Under the pieces are notes generated by a model. It ran no database searches, was not told the DNA's origin, and worked only from the letters and a program-made list of their open reading frames with translations. From Tagaea sp. (GTDB taxonomy: Bacteria; Pseudomonadota; Alphaproteobacteria; CACIAM-22H2), in assembly GCA_965279525.1 (NCBI GenBank), contig CBDIIB010000005.1, positions 1,805,080-1,869,079 of the forward strand: a stretch of DNA of 64,000 nt, given 5' to 3'. Positions 17,977 through 29,069 of the stretch are shown piece by piece. Within the stretch, counting starts at the first letter, position 1. Each line of letters begins with the position of its first letter. Both the position numbers and the translations under genes were made by a program.

Positions 17977-19095
17977 ATGTCGCCGATCTCCCTCATCCTG
18001 CCGGCCGTCGCCTATGTCGCCGCGAGTTTCGCGGTCGGCTTGACGACGGGCATCCCGCTCGGGCTCGCCGTCTTCGCCGCCGGTGCGGCCGTCCATGCCA
18101 TCGTCGTCGCCGGGAAGCTTGCCGGCGACGTCGACAACGCGGTGCGCGCCCAGGCCCAGATCCGCCGCGAACTGGCGGCCGCGCGCGAGGAAGCGCGCGG
18201 CATCCTCGAGGCGATCGAGAGTGCGGCGCGCACGCGGCCCGACCTCGGCCATGTGATGGGCGAGGTCAAGGTGCTGCAGGGCCTCGTCGAGAAGCTGTCG
18301 GGCCAGCCGGTCCCGCACGCCGACGCGCCCGCCAAGCCCGATCCGTCCTACGGCGACGCGCAGGTGCTCGACATCGTGCGCGATGCGCTGCGCGAGAACC
18401 GCGTCGAGCTCTATGTGCAGCCGATCGTCGACCTGCCGCAGCGCCGCCGCCGCCACTTCGAGTGCTTCAGCCGCGTGCGCGCGCCCGAGGGCAACGTCAT
18501 CGGGCCGGAGCGCTATCTGGCGCTGGCCGAGAAATACGGCCTGGTCACCGCGATCGACAACATGCTGCTGTTCCGCTGCGTGCAGCTCGTGCGCCGCATG
18601 CAGCGCACGAACGCGGGTGCCGGCATCTTCATCAACATCTCCGAGCACACGCTTGCCGATACGCGCTTCTTCGCCGAGTTCGTCACGTTCATGGCGCAGA
18701 ACGCCGACCTTTCGCACAACCTCGTCTTCGAGCTGGCCGAGGGCCACACGCGCCGGCTGACCGAGATCCAGTGGGCCGAGCTCGACCGGCTGGGCAGCCT
18801 CGGCTTCCGCTTCTCGATGGACCAGGTCGCCGACCTGCGCTTCGATCCGGCGGCGCTGGCCAAGCGCAATTTCCGCTTCGTCAAGGTCGACGCGCGCAAG
18901 CTCGTCGATTTCGCCAACGGCGCCAGCGGCGCCGAGTTCCTGCGCCTGCGCACGCAGATGATGGACAGGCACGTCGCCCTCGTGGTCGAGAAGATCGAGA
19001 GCGAGGCCCAGCTGGTCGAGGTGCTCGATCTCGAGGCCGACTACGGCCAGGGATTCCTGTTCGGCGAACCCAAGCCCCTGAAAGAAGAGAAGTGA
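17977..19095 (+). CDS. Membrane-anchored degenerate EAL protein, TipF-like
   Basis: Two N-terminal TMs, coiled coil, YVQPIV; EAL replaced by ECF, DDFG replaced by MDQV; GQGFLFGEP. Confidence 0.8.
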   Translation: MSPISLILPAVAYVAASFAVGLTTGIPLGLAVFAAGAAVHAIVVAGKLAGDVDNAVRAQAQIRRELAAAREEARGILEAIESAARTRPDLGHVMGEVKVLQGLVEKLSGQPVPHADAPAKPDPSYGDAQVLDIVRDALRENRVELYVQPIVDLPQRRRRHFECFSRVRAPEGNVIGPERYLALAEKYGLVTAIDNMLLFRCVQLVRRMQRTNAGAGIFINISEHTLADTRFFAEFVTFMAQNADLSHNLVFELAEGHTRRLTEIQWAELDRLGSLGFRFSMDQVADLRFDPAALAKRNFRFVKVDARKLVDFANGASGAEFLRLRTQMMDRHVALVVEKIESEAQLVEVLDLEADYGQGFLFGEPKPLKEEK

Positions 19096-19955
19096 CGGTC
19101 CGCCTCGACGGCCTTGCGGCGGTCGCCGACCGCTACGACGTGTTCCTGCTCGACATGTGGGGCTGCATCCACGACGGCAACCGCGTGTTCGCCGGCGTGG
19201 CCGACCTGATGGCGCGGCTGCGCAAGCTCGGCAAGCGGACGGTCGTGCTGTCCAATGCGCCGCGCCTCGTTCCCATCCTCGTGCGCCAGATGCCGGATTT
19301 CGGCATCCCGGCGGACGCGTTCGACGGCATCGTCACGTCGGGCGAGGCTGCCTGGCAGGCGCTGGCGAAGGACGAGCACAAACTCGGCAAGCGCTTCTTC
19401 CACATCGGCAAGGAAGCCAACATCACCGATCCCGCCACGATCGGGCACACGATGGTCGACCGGCTTGCCGATGCCGATTTCATCCTCGCGACCGGGGCGG
19501 CCGGCGACGGCACGCTCGACATGGAGGCGCTTGCTCCCGTCATCGCCGAGGCAAAGCAGCGCAACTTGCCGATGGTGTGCGCCAATCCCGATCTCGAGGT
19601 CATGAAGGGCGAGGTGCGCCTCCTGTGCGCCGGGACCCTGGCCCAGCGCTACGAGGAGATCGGCGGGCGCACGATCTATTACGGCAAGCCGCATCGCGCG
19701 GTTTACGAGATGGCGCTGGAGATCGCCGGCAAGCCCGCCGACCGCAGCCGCGTGATCGGCATCGGCGACGCGATGCGCACCGACGTCGCCGGTGCGCGCA
19801 ATGCTGGAATCCACCAGGCGTTCATCCCCGGCGGCATCCATGGCGAGGGCATGAACGCGCCGATGGGAACCTTGCCGGCCGAGGCCGCGATGGACGCCGT
19901 TTCGGCCCAGTTCGGCTTCGCGCCGACATATGTTCTGGCCGAATTGCGCTGGTAG
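19092..19955 (+). CDS. HAD-superfamily IIA hydrolase
   Basis: DMWGCIHDG, CANPD, GKP, IGD...TDV motifs; GTGA-coupled start. Confidence 0.9.
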   Translation: MTVRLDGLAAVADRYDVFLLDMWGCIHDGNRVFAGVADLMARLRKLGKRTVVLSNAPRLVPILVRQMPDFGIPADAFDGIVTSGEAAWQALAKDEHKLGKRFFHIGKEANITDPATIGHTMVDRLADADFILATGAAGDGTLDMEALAPVIAEAKQRNLPMVCANPDLEVMKGEVRLLCAGTLAQRYEEIGGRTIYYGKPHRAVYEMALEIAGKPADRSRVIGIGDAMRTDVAGARNAGIHQAFIPGGIHGEGMNAPMGTLPAEAAMDAVSAQFGFAPTYVLAELRW

Positions 19956-20135
19956 TTTCCGAGTCGCGCGAATCCACCGCCGCGGCGCCCGCCTGCGGAG
20001 TTTTCCGCAGGGCTGTGGACAAGGCCGCCTCGCTCCATTGAATCAATCTGTTGCCGGCCGAATCGGAGAAGCACCGACTCGCGCGGCTAGGAGAGGCCCT
20101 GCCGGCCCGTTACATTTGCAAGGCAGGAGAAGGAC

Positions 20136-22286
20136 ATGGCGGAATTTACCAAGCCGAATCTGGCGGACTGGGACAAGCTCGCGCGCGCCGAACTGAAGGG
20201 TGCGGCACCGGATACGCTTGCCTGGACCACGCCCGAAGGAATCGTCGTCAAGCCGCTCTATACCGAGGCCGATCTTGCCGGGCTCGAACATGTCGGCGGC
20301 ATGCCGGGCATCGCCCCCTATGTGCGCGGGCCGCGCGCCACGATGTACGCCAATCGCCCGTGGACGATCCGCCAGTACGCCGGCTTCTCGACGGCCGAGG
20401 AATCCAACGCGTTCTATCGCAAGGCGCTTGCCGGCGGGCAGGCGGGACTGTCGGTCGCCTTCGATCTCGCCACGCATCGCGGCTACGACAGCGACCATCC
20501 GCGCGTGACGGGCGACGTGGGCAAGGCGGGTGTCGCGATCGATTCGGTCGAGGACATGAAGATCCTGTTCGACGGCATCCCGCTCGAGAAGATGTCCGTC
20601 TCGATGACCATGAACGGCGCGGTGCTGCCCGTTCTCGCCGCCTTCATCGTCGCGGGCGAGGAGCAGGGCGCGACGCAGGCCCAGCTCTCGGGGACCATCC
20701 AGAACGACATCCTCAAGGAGTTCATGGTCCGCAACACGTACATCTATCCGCCGGCGCCCAGCATGCGCATCGTCGCCGACATCATCGCGCACACGGCGGC
20801 GCACATGCCGAAGTTCAACTCGATCTCGATCAGCGGCTACCACATGCAGGAAGCGGGGGCGACCTGCGTGCAGGAGCTCGCCTTCACGCTCGCCGACGGT
20901 CTCGAATACGTGCGCGTGGCCATGGCCAAGGGCCTCGACATCGACGCGTTCGCGCCGCGCCTGTCGTTCTTCTTCGCCATCGGCATGAACTTCTTCATGG
21001 AGATCGCCAAGCTGCGCGCCGCGCGCTTCATCTGGGCGCGCGAGATGAAGAAGCTCAATCCGAAAAAGGCCGACAGCCTGGCGCTGCGCACGCACTGCCA
21101 GACCTCGGGCGTGTCGCTGACCGAGCAGGACCCCTACAACAACGTCGTGCGCACCGCGTTCGAGGCGATGGCGGCGGCACTCGGCGGCACGCAGTCGCTG
21201 CACACCAACTCGTTCGACGAAGCGCTGGCTTTGCCCACGCCGACCTCCTCGCGCATCGCGCGCAACACCCAGCTCATCCTCCAGGAGGAGACCGGCGTGT
21301 CGCGCGTCGTCGATCCGCTGGCGGGCAGCTACTATGTCGAGCATCTGACCGCCTCGATGATCGCCGAGGCCACGAAGCTGATGGACGAGGTCGAGGCCCT
21401 TGGCGGCATGACCAAGGCGGTCGAGAGCGGCATGCCCAAGCTGCGCATCGAAGAGGCCGCCGCCCGCCGCCAGGCGCGCATCGACCGCGGCGAAGAGGTG
21501 GTCGTCGGCGTCAACAAGTACCGCCCGACCGACGCCGAGAAGATCGACATCCTCGACATCGACAATTCAGCCGTTCGCGACAGCCAGATCGCACGGCTCA
21601 AATCCGTGCGCGCGAAGCGGGACGCCAAAGCCGTCGCGGCCACGCTCGAAGCTCTCACCAAGGCCGCTTCGTCCGGCGAGGGCAATCTCCTGACGCTCGC
21701 CATCGAGGCGATGCGCGCGCGCGCCACGGTGGGCGAGGTTTCCGACGCGCTCGAGCGGGTCTATACGCGCCATCGCGCGACGATCCGCTCGGTCACCGGC
21801 ATCTACGGCTCGGCCTATGACGGGGACGCCGGCTTCGGCCGCATCAAGGAAGACGTCGCTGGCTTCGCCAAGACCGAGGGCCGCCGGCCGCGCATGCTGG
21901 TCGTCAAGCTCGGCCAGGACGGGCACGACCGCGGTGCAAAGGTGATCGCCACGGCCTTCGCCGACATCGGCTTCGACGTCGACGTCGGCCCGCTCTTCCA
22001 GACGCCGGAAGAAGCCGCGCGCCAGGCGATCGAGAACGACGTGCATGTCGTTGGCGTGTCCTCGCAGGCCGCCGGCCACAAGACGCTCGTCCCCGCGCTT
22101 ATCGCCGCGCTTCGCGCGGCGGGTGCCGAGGACATCCTCATCGTGTGCGGCGGCGTGATCCCGCCGCAGGACTATCAGGGGCTGCTCGACGGCGGCGTTG
22201 CCGCCATCTACGGCCCCGGCACCAACATCCCGCACGCCGCGGCCGAGATCCTCGGCCTGATCCGGCGCCGCAGGAAAGCAGCCTAG
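20136..22286 (+). CDS. scpA: Methylmalonyl-CoA mutase
   Basis: WTIRQYAGF and the B12-binding QDGHDRG motif. Confidence 0.97.
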   Translation: MAEFTKPNLADWDKLARAELKGAAPDTLAWTTPEGIVVKPLYTEADLAGLEHVGGMPGIAPYVRGPRATMYANRPWTIRQYAGFSTAEESNAFYRKALAGGQAGLSVAFDLATHRGYDSDHPRVTGDVGKAGVAIDSVEDMKILFDGIPLEKMSVSMTMNGAVLPVLAAFIVAGEEQGATQAQLSGTIQNDILKEFMVRNTYIYPPAPSMRIVADIIAHTAAHMPKFNSISISGYHMQEAGATCVQELAFTLADGLEYVRVAMAKGLDIDAFAPRLSFFFAIGMNFFMEIAKLRAARFIWAREMKKLNPKKADSLALRTHCQTSGVSLTEQDPYNNVVRTAFEAMAAALGGTQSLHTNSFDEALALPTPTSSRIARNTQLILQEETGVSRVVDPLAGSYYVEHLTASMIAEATKLMDEVEALGGMTKAVESGMPKLRIEEAAARRQARIDRGEEVVVGVNKYRPTDAEKIDILDIDNSAVRDSQIARLKSVRAKRDAKAVAATLEALTKAASSGEGNLLTLAIEAMRARATVGEVSDALERVYTRHRATIRSVTGIYGSAYDGDAGFGRIKEDVAGFAKTEGRRPRMLVVKLGQDGHDRGAKVIATAFADIGFDVDVGPLFQTPEEAARQAIENDVHVVGVSSQAAGHKTLVPALIAALRAAGAEDILIVCGGVIPPQDYQGLLDGGVAAIYGPGTNIPHAAAEILGLIRRRRKAA

Positions 22287-22329
22287 AACCTATCCGTCGT
22301 CGACCTCCGGCACAGAAGCGAACAAGCAC

Positions 22330-25300
22330 ATGGACGACAAGAAGACCGGCCCCCGCCTCATCCGCACGCTCGAAGCGCAGACGGACCAGACCGTGCGCGC
22401 GGCCAACGATCCGGGCGGGCCGGTCTACGAACCGCTGCCGCCGGTCGGGCGCCGCAGCTTCCTGGTTGCCGCTTCGCTGAGTGCGGCGTGGATCGTCGCC
22501 GTGCTCTGGTACGCGAACGCGCAGGTCGGCTTCTCGGCATTCGGCGAAATGCTGCCCCACGAGCTGGGCGCGTTCGTCGGCGGTGCCGCGATGCCGCTGA
22601 TGGTGCTGTGGTTCGTGTTCGCCTATCTGGCGCGCGGGCGCGACCTTGCCCGGCATGCGCGTGCCCTCGAAGTGCGCCTTTCCGAGCTTGCCTATCCCGC
22701 CGAGCGTGCGGAACTGAAGCTGCGCACGATCGGGGAAAGCCTGCACGAGCAGGCGCAAGCACTGGCCGCCGCGTCCGACAGCGCCACCAATCGCCTGTCC
22801 GAAGCCCGCCAGGGCCTGTCGACGCAGGCAAGCGAGCTCACGACCGTTTCCGACCAGGCCGCGATGCGCGCCATGCAGGTGATGGCCGGCCTTCGCCGCC
22901 ACGCCGACGGGCTGGAGCGCGTCACCGCACTGCTGTCGAGCCGCGTGCAGGTCGTCGAGGCGGCGGTGCGCGAGCAGGCCGACGCGCTTTCCGGCGCTTC
23001 GGACCGCGCCCTTTCCCAGTCGCGCGAGATCAACGCCACGCTGCGCGAGCAGATCGAAACGCTCGCTTCCACCAACGAGAAGACGGCGGCCAATGCCGGC
23101 GCAATCCGCGAAGCGCTGCGCGAACAGTCGCAGGACCTTGCCGAGACGACCGAACGCGCGCGTGCGCGCGCGGCCGAAATCCGTTCGATCCTTGCCGACC
23201 AGAGCTCGGCCCTGATGGACGCCACCGAAGGCGCCCTCGACCGGGCGCGCGAAGTGGGCGAATTGCTGCGCAAGCAGTCCGACGCCTTCGCCGACGCGGC
23301 CGAGACGGCCGAAGGCCGGGCCAGCGCCGCTTCGGTCGAGATGGGCTCGGCCCGCCGATCGGCCGAAGCCGCCAGCGACAATCTTGCCGAAGCCTCCGAC
23401 AAGCTGCTGGGCCTCGCGCGCGAGCTTGCCCGCCAGAGCGACACGACCCAGAACGCGCTGCGCGCCCAGATGGCCACGCTTGCCGAGGCCGCCGGCGACG
23501 CGCAGACGCGCGTCGACACGGCCGGTGCCGCGATCCGCGAGCGTACCGACGACGTGACGACCGCCGCCGTGCGGATGAACGACGTCGCGACGAACCTGGG
23601 TGCCGAGACGCGCAACCTGCAGGCCACGCTGGAAAGGCTCGCCGCGCGTACCGAGGCGTCGAGCGAATCCGTCCGCCGCCAGGGCCACGAGCTTGCCACC
23701 GCCGCCGACCAGGCCGTCGCGCGCGTGCGCGCCGCGGGCGAGGCGTTCCATTCCCAGTCGCGCGAGTTGGCGGACGCCGCCGCACAGGCGCTGGCGCGCG
23801 TGGGTGCCACCACGGCCGGATTCTCGGAAGTCGCGCGCGAAGTCGCGATGCGCACGCAGGAGGCCGAAGCCAAGGCCGCGGCGATCGGCGAGGACATGCG
23901 CCGGCACGGCACGGGTCTCGTCGAGGCGGCCGATACCGCCGGGCGTTCGGCGGGCGAAGCCGGTGCCAAGCTCGCACGCGAGGTCGAAGCGATCCTGCGC
24001 GCGTCGGGTGCGTTGGCGGCCGAGGCGATGTCGACCGAATCGATGCTGCAGACCGAAACGCATCTCGTCGCCGAGGCCGCCCAGCGGGCGCGCGCATCGG
24101 TCGAAGGGGCGGGTGCATCGCTCAAGGCGCGCATGGAGGATCTCGACGCGTCGAGCCGGCGCGTGGGCGAATCGCAGGTGGCGCTGGACGGGCTTGCCCA
24201 GCGCAGCCAGGAATCACTCGACCGCGTGGCCGGGCGTGTCGATGCCTCGGGCGAAGTCGCGCGCCGTCGCGCCGACGAGCTTGTCGTCGCCGCCGACCAG
24301 GCGGCCCAGCGCGTGCGCGTCACGGGCGAGGGCTTCCGCGTGCAGGCGCAGGACATGGTGCATGCCGCCGATCTGGGCCTCGCCCGGTCCGAGGAGCTGG
24401 GCGCCACGCTCAAGCGCCGTGCCGAAGAAATCGATTCCGCCAGCGAGCGCACGACCCAGCGCCTGGATACGCTTGCCGAACATGTGCGCGCGCAAAGCGT
24501 GGCGCTGTCCGACACGGCGGGCGACACGGCCCAGAAGCTCGGCAATTCGGGCGAAGCGGTGCGCCTCAAGGTCGAAGCGCTCGAAGGGGCGGCCGATGCC
24601 GCCATCGCGCGCCTGGGCGATGCGGCGACGTCTGTCGACCGGCGTGCCAAGGATCTCGACACGACGGCGGCCCTTGCCGCCCAGCGTCTGGATGAGAGCG
24701 GCGAGAAGCTGCGCGCGCGCGGGCTGGAAGCCGAAGCCAACGTCGCCGCCGCGACCCAGCGCCTCGACGCCACGGCCGTGGCACTCGGCCAGAACGCGCG
24801 CGAGGTGGCCACGGCGCTCGACCGTGCCGCCGCGCGCATGGAAGCGACCGGCGAGGTCGCGCGCAACGAAGGCGCCCAGCTCGAAGTCGGGGCCGAACAG
24901 GCGGCTGCGCGCGTGCGCATGGCCGGCGACGGATTCCGCCAGGAAACGCAAGGGCTGGTGCGCGCCGCCGAAACCGGCATGGCGCAGTCCGACGCCTATG
25001 CCGAAGCGCTCAAGCATCGCGCCGAAGAGATGGTGCAAACCTCCGCGCGCGTGGGCGAGCGGCTCGACGCGCTGCATGGTTCGCTGCGCGGCCAGACCGT
25101 CGAGCTTGCCGAGACGGCAAGCCAGAAGGCGGGCGAGCTCGACCGGGCAGGCGAAACGCTGCGCCTGAAGGCCGAAGCCATCGAGGCGACGGCCCAGGCC
25201 GCGCGCCTGCGCATCGACGAGGCCGCAAGCGACGTGGCGCGCAACGCCAAGGACCTGGACGCGACCGCCCATCAGGCGACCCAGCGCCTGCGCGACGGCG

Positions 25301-28245
25301 CCGAGCAGCTTCGCCAGCGCACGATGGAGGCCGACGCCAATGTCGCCGCCGCGACCCAGCGCCTCGACGCGACGGCAGCATCCGTCGCCAAGGACGCGCA
25401 CGAGGTCGCCGTCGCGGTCGACCGCGCGTCCGCGCGCATCGAGGCGACGGGGGCCGTCGCCTTGCGCGAGAACGAGCAGCTGGTGCTTGCCGCCGACCAG
25501 TCGACCGCACGCCTGCGCGCCACCGGCGAGACCGTACGCGGCGAGACCAACGCGCTCGTCCATGCCGCGGAAGCCGGCATCGCGCAGTCGGCCGCCTATG
25601 CCGAGACGTTGCGCGTGCGCGGCATCGATCTGTCCGAGACCGCGGCCCGCGTGGGCACGCAGCTGGGCGAATTGCACGAAGCGCTTCGCACCCAGACCAT
25701 CGACCTTGGCACGGTTGCCGAAGACAAGACCGCGATCCTCGCGCGCTCGGCCGAAACGCTGCGCCTGGGGACCGAGGCGATCGACGCCGCTGCCGCTGCC
25801 GCACGCCTGCGCCTCGACGAGGCCGCCGGCGACGTGGCGCGCAACGCGCGCGATTTCGAGGCGACGGCGCACCAGGCCACCCAGCGCCTGCGCGAAGGTG
25901 CCGAGACGCTGCGCCAGCGCGCCAGCGAGGCCGACGCCAACATCGCCGCGACCACGCAGCATCTGGATTCGACCGCCGCGTCGCTCGCCAAGGACGCGCA
26001 CGAGGCGGCCAATGCCGTCGACCGCGCAAGTGCCCGCATGGAAGCGAGTGCGGAAGCCGCACGGCGCGAGAACGAGCAGATCGTGCTCGCCGCCGACCAG
26101 TCGGCCGCGCGCGTGCGCGGAGCGGGCGAGACGTTCCGCACCGAGACGAATGCACTTGTCCATGCCGCCGAGCAGGGGCTCGACCGGGCGGGCCAGCTCG
26201 AGACGGCGATCGCACAGCGCGCGCTGGAAACCAGTGCCGCCGCCGACCGCGCGCTCACGCGCCTCGACGAGGCGGCCGACTCGCTGCGCAAGCGCGGCCT
26301 CGAGATGACCGAGGTGTCGGGCAGTGCCGTGCTTTCGATCGGCAATGCGGGGCAGGTGCTGCGCCGCGAGACCGAGGAGCTTGCGAGCGCATCCGCGCAG
26401 TCGGCCACGCGCGTCAACGAGATCGCGGCCCTTCTCGACCAGCGTTCGGGCGAGCTTGCCTCGATCGCCGCCCAGGCGGGCCAGCGGCTCAAGGAGACGT
26501 CCGAATCGCTGCGGGCGCGCACAAGCGAGCTTGAAGGGTCGGCCGACCGTTCGGCCACGCGCGTGGGCGCCATCGATTCGAGCCTGCGCGACCAGTCGCT
26601 GGCGCTCTTGAAGACGATCGAACAGGTATCGGGCCGCGCGGGTGAAGTGGGCGCCGTTCTCGAAAACCAGGTTGCCGCCGTCGCGCGCGCGTCGGACGAC
26701 GCGACCGCACGTCTGCGTGCGTCTTCCGACGTGTTCCGCGACCGCGCCACCGAGATGCAGGCCCTTTCCGTCGCCACCACCGAGAAGGTCTCGGCGACGG
26801 GTGCCGAAACCGAGCGCCGGCTGCAGGCGCTGGCCACGAACGCGGTCGAGACGGCGGGCCGTCTGGAAGAAAGCGGCGAAGCCTTCCGCCAGCGCCTCGG
26901 CGACATGAACCGGGCGGCCACCAGCGTGGGCGGCCTGCTCGCCGAGGCGAGCGAGACGTTCCGCCGCCACACCGGCGACCTGCAGGTCGCGGTCGACGGC
27001 GCCTTGTCGCGCATCGGCCAGTCGGGCCAGGCGCTGCGCGAGCGCACGGTCGATCTGGGCGGGGCGGCGGACGCCGCCGAAGCGCGCCTCTCCATGGTCG
27101 CCGAACTGCTGCGCGGCAACGCCGGCTCGCTTGCCGACATCGCCGACCGTTCCTCGATCAAGCTCGATGCCTTGGGCGAAGCCCTCGTGCGCCGGGCGGC
27201 CGAGCTTTCCGCCATGTCCGACGGCACGGCCGCGCGCCTTGCCACGGTCGACGCCACGCTGGGCGAGCAGCGCGAGAACCTCGTGCGCACGCTGGAGGAG
27301 CTGGGCGGGCGTGCCAACGAACTTGGCCAGGTGCTGCGCGGCCAGGCCGACCATCTCAACGGCGTCGTCGCCGAAGCGGGCGAACGCCTGTCGGAAGTGG
27401 GCGCCCAGTTCGACCGGCAGGCCCGCGAGGCGGCGGATGCCGCGACGGTGGCCAGCCAGCGCATCGGCGAGACCGGAACGTCGCTGCGCCGCCGCTCGGA
27501 CGAGCTGCAGTCGGCCGCCCAGGATGGCGGCATGAAGCTCGAAGCCACCGGCGAAAGCTTCCGCCGGCGCGCGGAGGAAGTCATGGCCGCCGTCGGCCAG
27601 GCGGCCGCGCGCATCGCGGGCGTGGGCGAAAGCTTCGCGCGCCAGACGCGCGAGCTGGGTGTCGCGATGGATGCCGCCGAGCGGCGTATCGCGGAAGCCG
27701 AACGGCTGCTCGCGGTCCAGTCCGAGACGCTGGATGCCGCGGCCTCGAAGGTCACGCGCGAGGCCTCGGATGCGACCGACGCGTTCCGCCGCCAGGCGGA
27801 CGATCTGGCGGCTGCCGCCGCTTCGGCCAACGACGCGCAGTCGCGCCTTACCTCCAGCGAGTTCGAGGCCAAGCGCGGGCGCTTCCTGCGTGCCTCGCGC
27901 CTCGTGGTCGAGGGCCTCAACTCGCTGTCGATCGATCTCGCGCGCACGCTCGATCCGAGCGTCACCGACCGCGTGCTGAAGGAGTTCCTCGGCGGCGACC
28001 GCGGCGTGTTCGTGCGCCGGCTCCTGCGCCTCAACTGGGGCACCACGGGCCGCGTCGTGCAGAAGCGCTACGGCGAGGACGCGGATTTCCGGCGCTACGT
28101 CACCGACTATCTCACGCAGTACGACCGCCTGATCGCCGACGCGCGCGAGGCCGATCCCGAGAACGTGCTCGTGTCGACCTTCCTGTCGGCCGACGTGGGC
28201 AAGCTCTACATGACGCTGGCGTCGATCGTGGGCTGGAAGAAGTGA
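22330..28245 (+). CDS. Giant membrane-anchored coiled-coil polar landmark protein (TipN/GPR/RgsE-like)
   Basis: 1971 aa; two N-terminal TMs, apolipoprotein-like helical repeats, C-terminal SLSIDLAR...VFVRRL...FRRYV...GKLYMTLA domain. Confidence 0.75.
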   Translation: MDDKKTGPRLIRTLEAQTDQTVRAANDPGGPVYEPLPPVGRRSFLVAASLSAAWIVAVLWYANAQVGFSAFGEMLPHELGAFVGGAAMPLMVLWFVFAYLARGRDLARHARALEVRLSELAYPAERAELKLRTIGESLHEQAQALAAASDSATNRLSEARQGLSTQASELTTVSDQAAMRAMQVMAGLRRHADGLERVTALLSSRVQVVEAAVREQADALSGASDRALSQSREINATLREQIETLASTNEKTAANAGAIREALREQSQDLAETTERARARAAEIRSILADQSSALMDATEGALDRAREVGELLRKQSDAFADAAETAEGRASAASVEMGSARRSAEAASDNLAEASDKLLGLARELARQSDTTQNALRAQMATLAEAAGDAQTRVDTAGAAIRERTDDVTTAAVRMNDVATNLGAETRNLQATLERLAARTEASSESVRRQGHELATAADQAVARVRAAGEAFHSQSRELADAAAQALARVGATTAGFSEVAREVAMRTQEAEAKAAAIGEDMRRHGTGLVEAADTAGRSAGEAGAKLAREVEAILRASGALAAEAMSTESMLQTETHLVAEAAQRARASVEGAGASLKARMEDLDASSRRVGESQVALDGLAQRSQESLDRVAGRVDASGEVARRRADELVVAADQAAQRVRVTGEGFRVQAQDMVHAADLGLARSEELGATLKRRAEEIDSASERTTQRLDTLAEHVRAQSVALSDTAGDTAQKLGNSGEAVRLKVEALEGAADAAIARLGDAATSVDRRAKDLDTTAALAAQRLDESGEKLRARGLEAEANVAAATQRLDATAVALGQNAREVATALDRAAARMEATGEVARNEGAQLEVGAEQAAARVRMAGDGFRQETQGLVRAAETGMAQSDAYAEALKHRAEEMVQTSARVGERLDALHGSLRGQTVELAETASQKAGELDRAGETLRLKAEAIEATAQAARLRIDEAASDVARNAKDLDATAHQATQRLRDGAEQLRQRTMEADANVAAATQRLDATAASVAKDAHEVAVAVDRASARIEATGAVALRENEQLVLAADQSTARLRATGETVRGETNALVHAAEAGIAQSAAYAETLRVRGIDLSETAARVGTQLGELHEALRTQTIDLGTVAEDKTAILARSAETLRLGTEAIDAAAAAARLRLDEAAGDVARNARDFEATAHQATQRLREGAETLRQRASEADANIAATTQHLDSTAASLAKDAHEAANAVDRASARMEASAEAARRENEQIVLAADQSAARVRGAGETFRTETNALVHAAEQGLDRAGQLETAIAQRALETSAAADRALTRLDEAADSLRKRGLEMTEVSGSAVLSIGNAGQVLRRETEELASASAQSATRVNEIAALLDQRSGELASIAAQAGQRLKETSESLRARTSELEGSADRSATRVGAIDSSLRDQSLALLKTIEQVSGRAGEVGAVLENQVAAVARASDDATARLRASSDVFRDRATEMQALSVATTEKVSATGAETERRLQALATNAVETAGRLEESGEAFRQRLGDMNRAATSVGGLLAEASETFRRHTGDLQVAVDGALSRIGQSGQALRERTVDLGGAADAAEARLSMVAELLRGNAGSLADIADRSSIKLDALGEALVRRAAELSAMSDGTAARLATVDATLGEQRENLVRTLEELGGRANELGQVLRGQADHLNGVVAEAGERLSEVGAQFDRQAREAADAATVASQRIGETGTSLRRRSDELQSAAQDGGMKLEATGESFRRRAEEVMAAVGQAAARIAGVGESFARQTRELGVAMDAAERRIAEAERLLAVQSETLDAAASKVTREASDATDAFRRQADDLAAAAASANDAQSRLTSSEFEAKRGRFLRASRLVVEGLNSLSIDLARTLDPSVTDRVLKEFLGGDRGVFVRRLLRLNWGTTGRVVQKRYGEDADFRRYVTDYLTQYDRLIADAREADPENVLVSTFLSADVGKLYMTLASIVGWKK
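24230..26300 (+). repeat. Intragenic tandem repeat, 600-nt (200-aa) period, about 3.5 units; boundaries approximate
   Basis: GCCGA(C/A)CAG ends at 24300, 24900, 25500 and 26100; GCCAA(C/T)(G/A)TCGCCGC recurs at 24736, 25336 and 25936. Confidence 0.9.
28189..28243 (+). repeat. Direct repeat copy 1 (3' end of the TipN-like gene)
   Basis: 55 nt, 2 mismatches versus 29015-29069. Confidence 0.95.
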
Positions 28246-28254
28246 TGCAGGTGG

Positions 28255-28908
28255 CTATTTGCCGATAGACCAGATCGTCCCGCCGTCCGGCGCAGGCGTG
28301 AATTTCATCGGCAACACGACGCGTTTGCCGCAGCCCGCGAAGGTCCAGTCTTCGTTCCAGACGCCATTGCGGACCTTGTCGCCTTCGGTTTCCGCGTGAG
28401 GTGCCTTCGTCAGCGTCGTATGGAAGAGCCGTGCTTCCTTGCAACCTCCAAGTCGCGCGCTTGCGACGACGTAACTTCCGGTCATTGCATCGGCATACAG
28501 CTGGAATGAAGCGATGGAACTGCCGGGCGCAAGCATGCCCGGCTCTGGCGCCGTGCCCGGCTTGGCGGCGAACTGAACATTATACCGCTTGATCTCGCCG
28601 CAGCGCGTGGCGTCGTAGCCGAGCCGCCATGCGCCGCTGGCAGCGTGTGCGGCGCCATCCGGAAGGTTGATCGGACTCTGGATTGTGAGGGTTTCGAGCT
28701 TGATCTGATAGTCGCCGATGCATTCGATTCCAAATGCCCTGTCGAGACGGACAGCGACGTCGATCAGCGTCTTTCGGACTTCACTCGATGCGAGGTACTT
28801 CGCGATAGGCGAACCGGCCTTGATCTGCCGCGGATCGCTTATGATCTCGGCATTGGCCAAAGAAGTCGTAACCACACAGGCAGCAAGGGCCGTTAGCGCG
28901 AATCGCAT
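28255..28908 (-). CDS. Hypothetical secreted protein
   Basis: 217 aa; signal-peptide-like N-terminus, spaced Cys, visibly lower GC than neighbours. Confidence 0.75.
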   Translation of the reverse strand: MRFALTALAACVVTTSLANAEIISDPRQIKAGSPIAKYLASSEVRKTLIDVAVRLDRAFGIECIGDYQIKLETLTIQSPINLPDGAAHAASGAWRLGYDATRCGEIKRYNVQFAAKPGTAPEPGMLAPGSSIASFQLYADAMTGSYVVASARLGGCKEARLFHTTLTKAPHAETEGDKVRNGVWNEDWTFAGCGKRVVLPMKFTPAPDGGTIWSIGK

Positions 28909-29014
28909 TTCGCTCTCCTACGATCGTATACAATCTCCGGAAGCAGTATTGCCGGAGGCGTCGATCAACTCAAGGGAGTCTCACTCGTAGAGTGTCGGCT
29001 CCCGCCGCCTGATC

Positions 29015-29069
29015 GCCGACGTAGGCAAGCTCGACATGACGCTGGCGTCGATCGTGGGCTGGAAGAAGT
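29015..29069 (+). repeat. Direct repeat copy 2 (relic 3' end of the TipN-like gene)
   Basis: 55-nt near-identical copy followed by an in-frame TAG; 29005-29020 also matches 28125-28140. Confidence 0.95.

Noticed and set aside
28189-29069. CRISPR array or IS element
   Set aside because: Only two repeat copies, derived from a coding 3' end; no cas gene, transposase or terminal inverted repeats.
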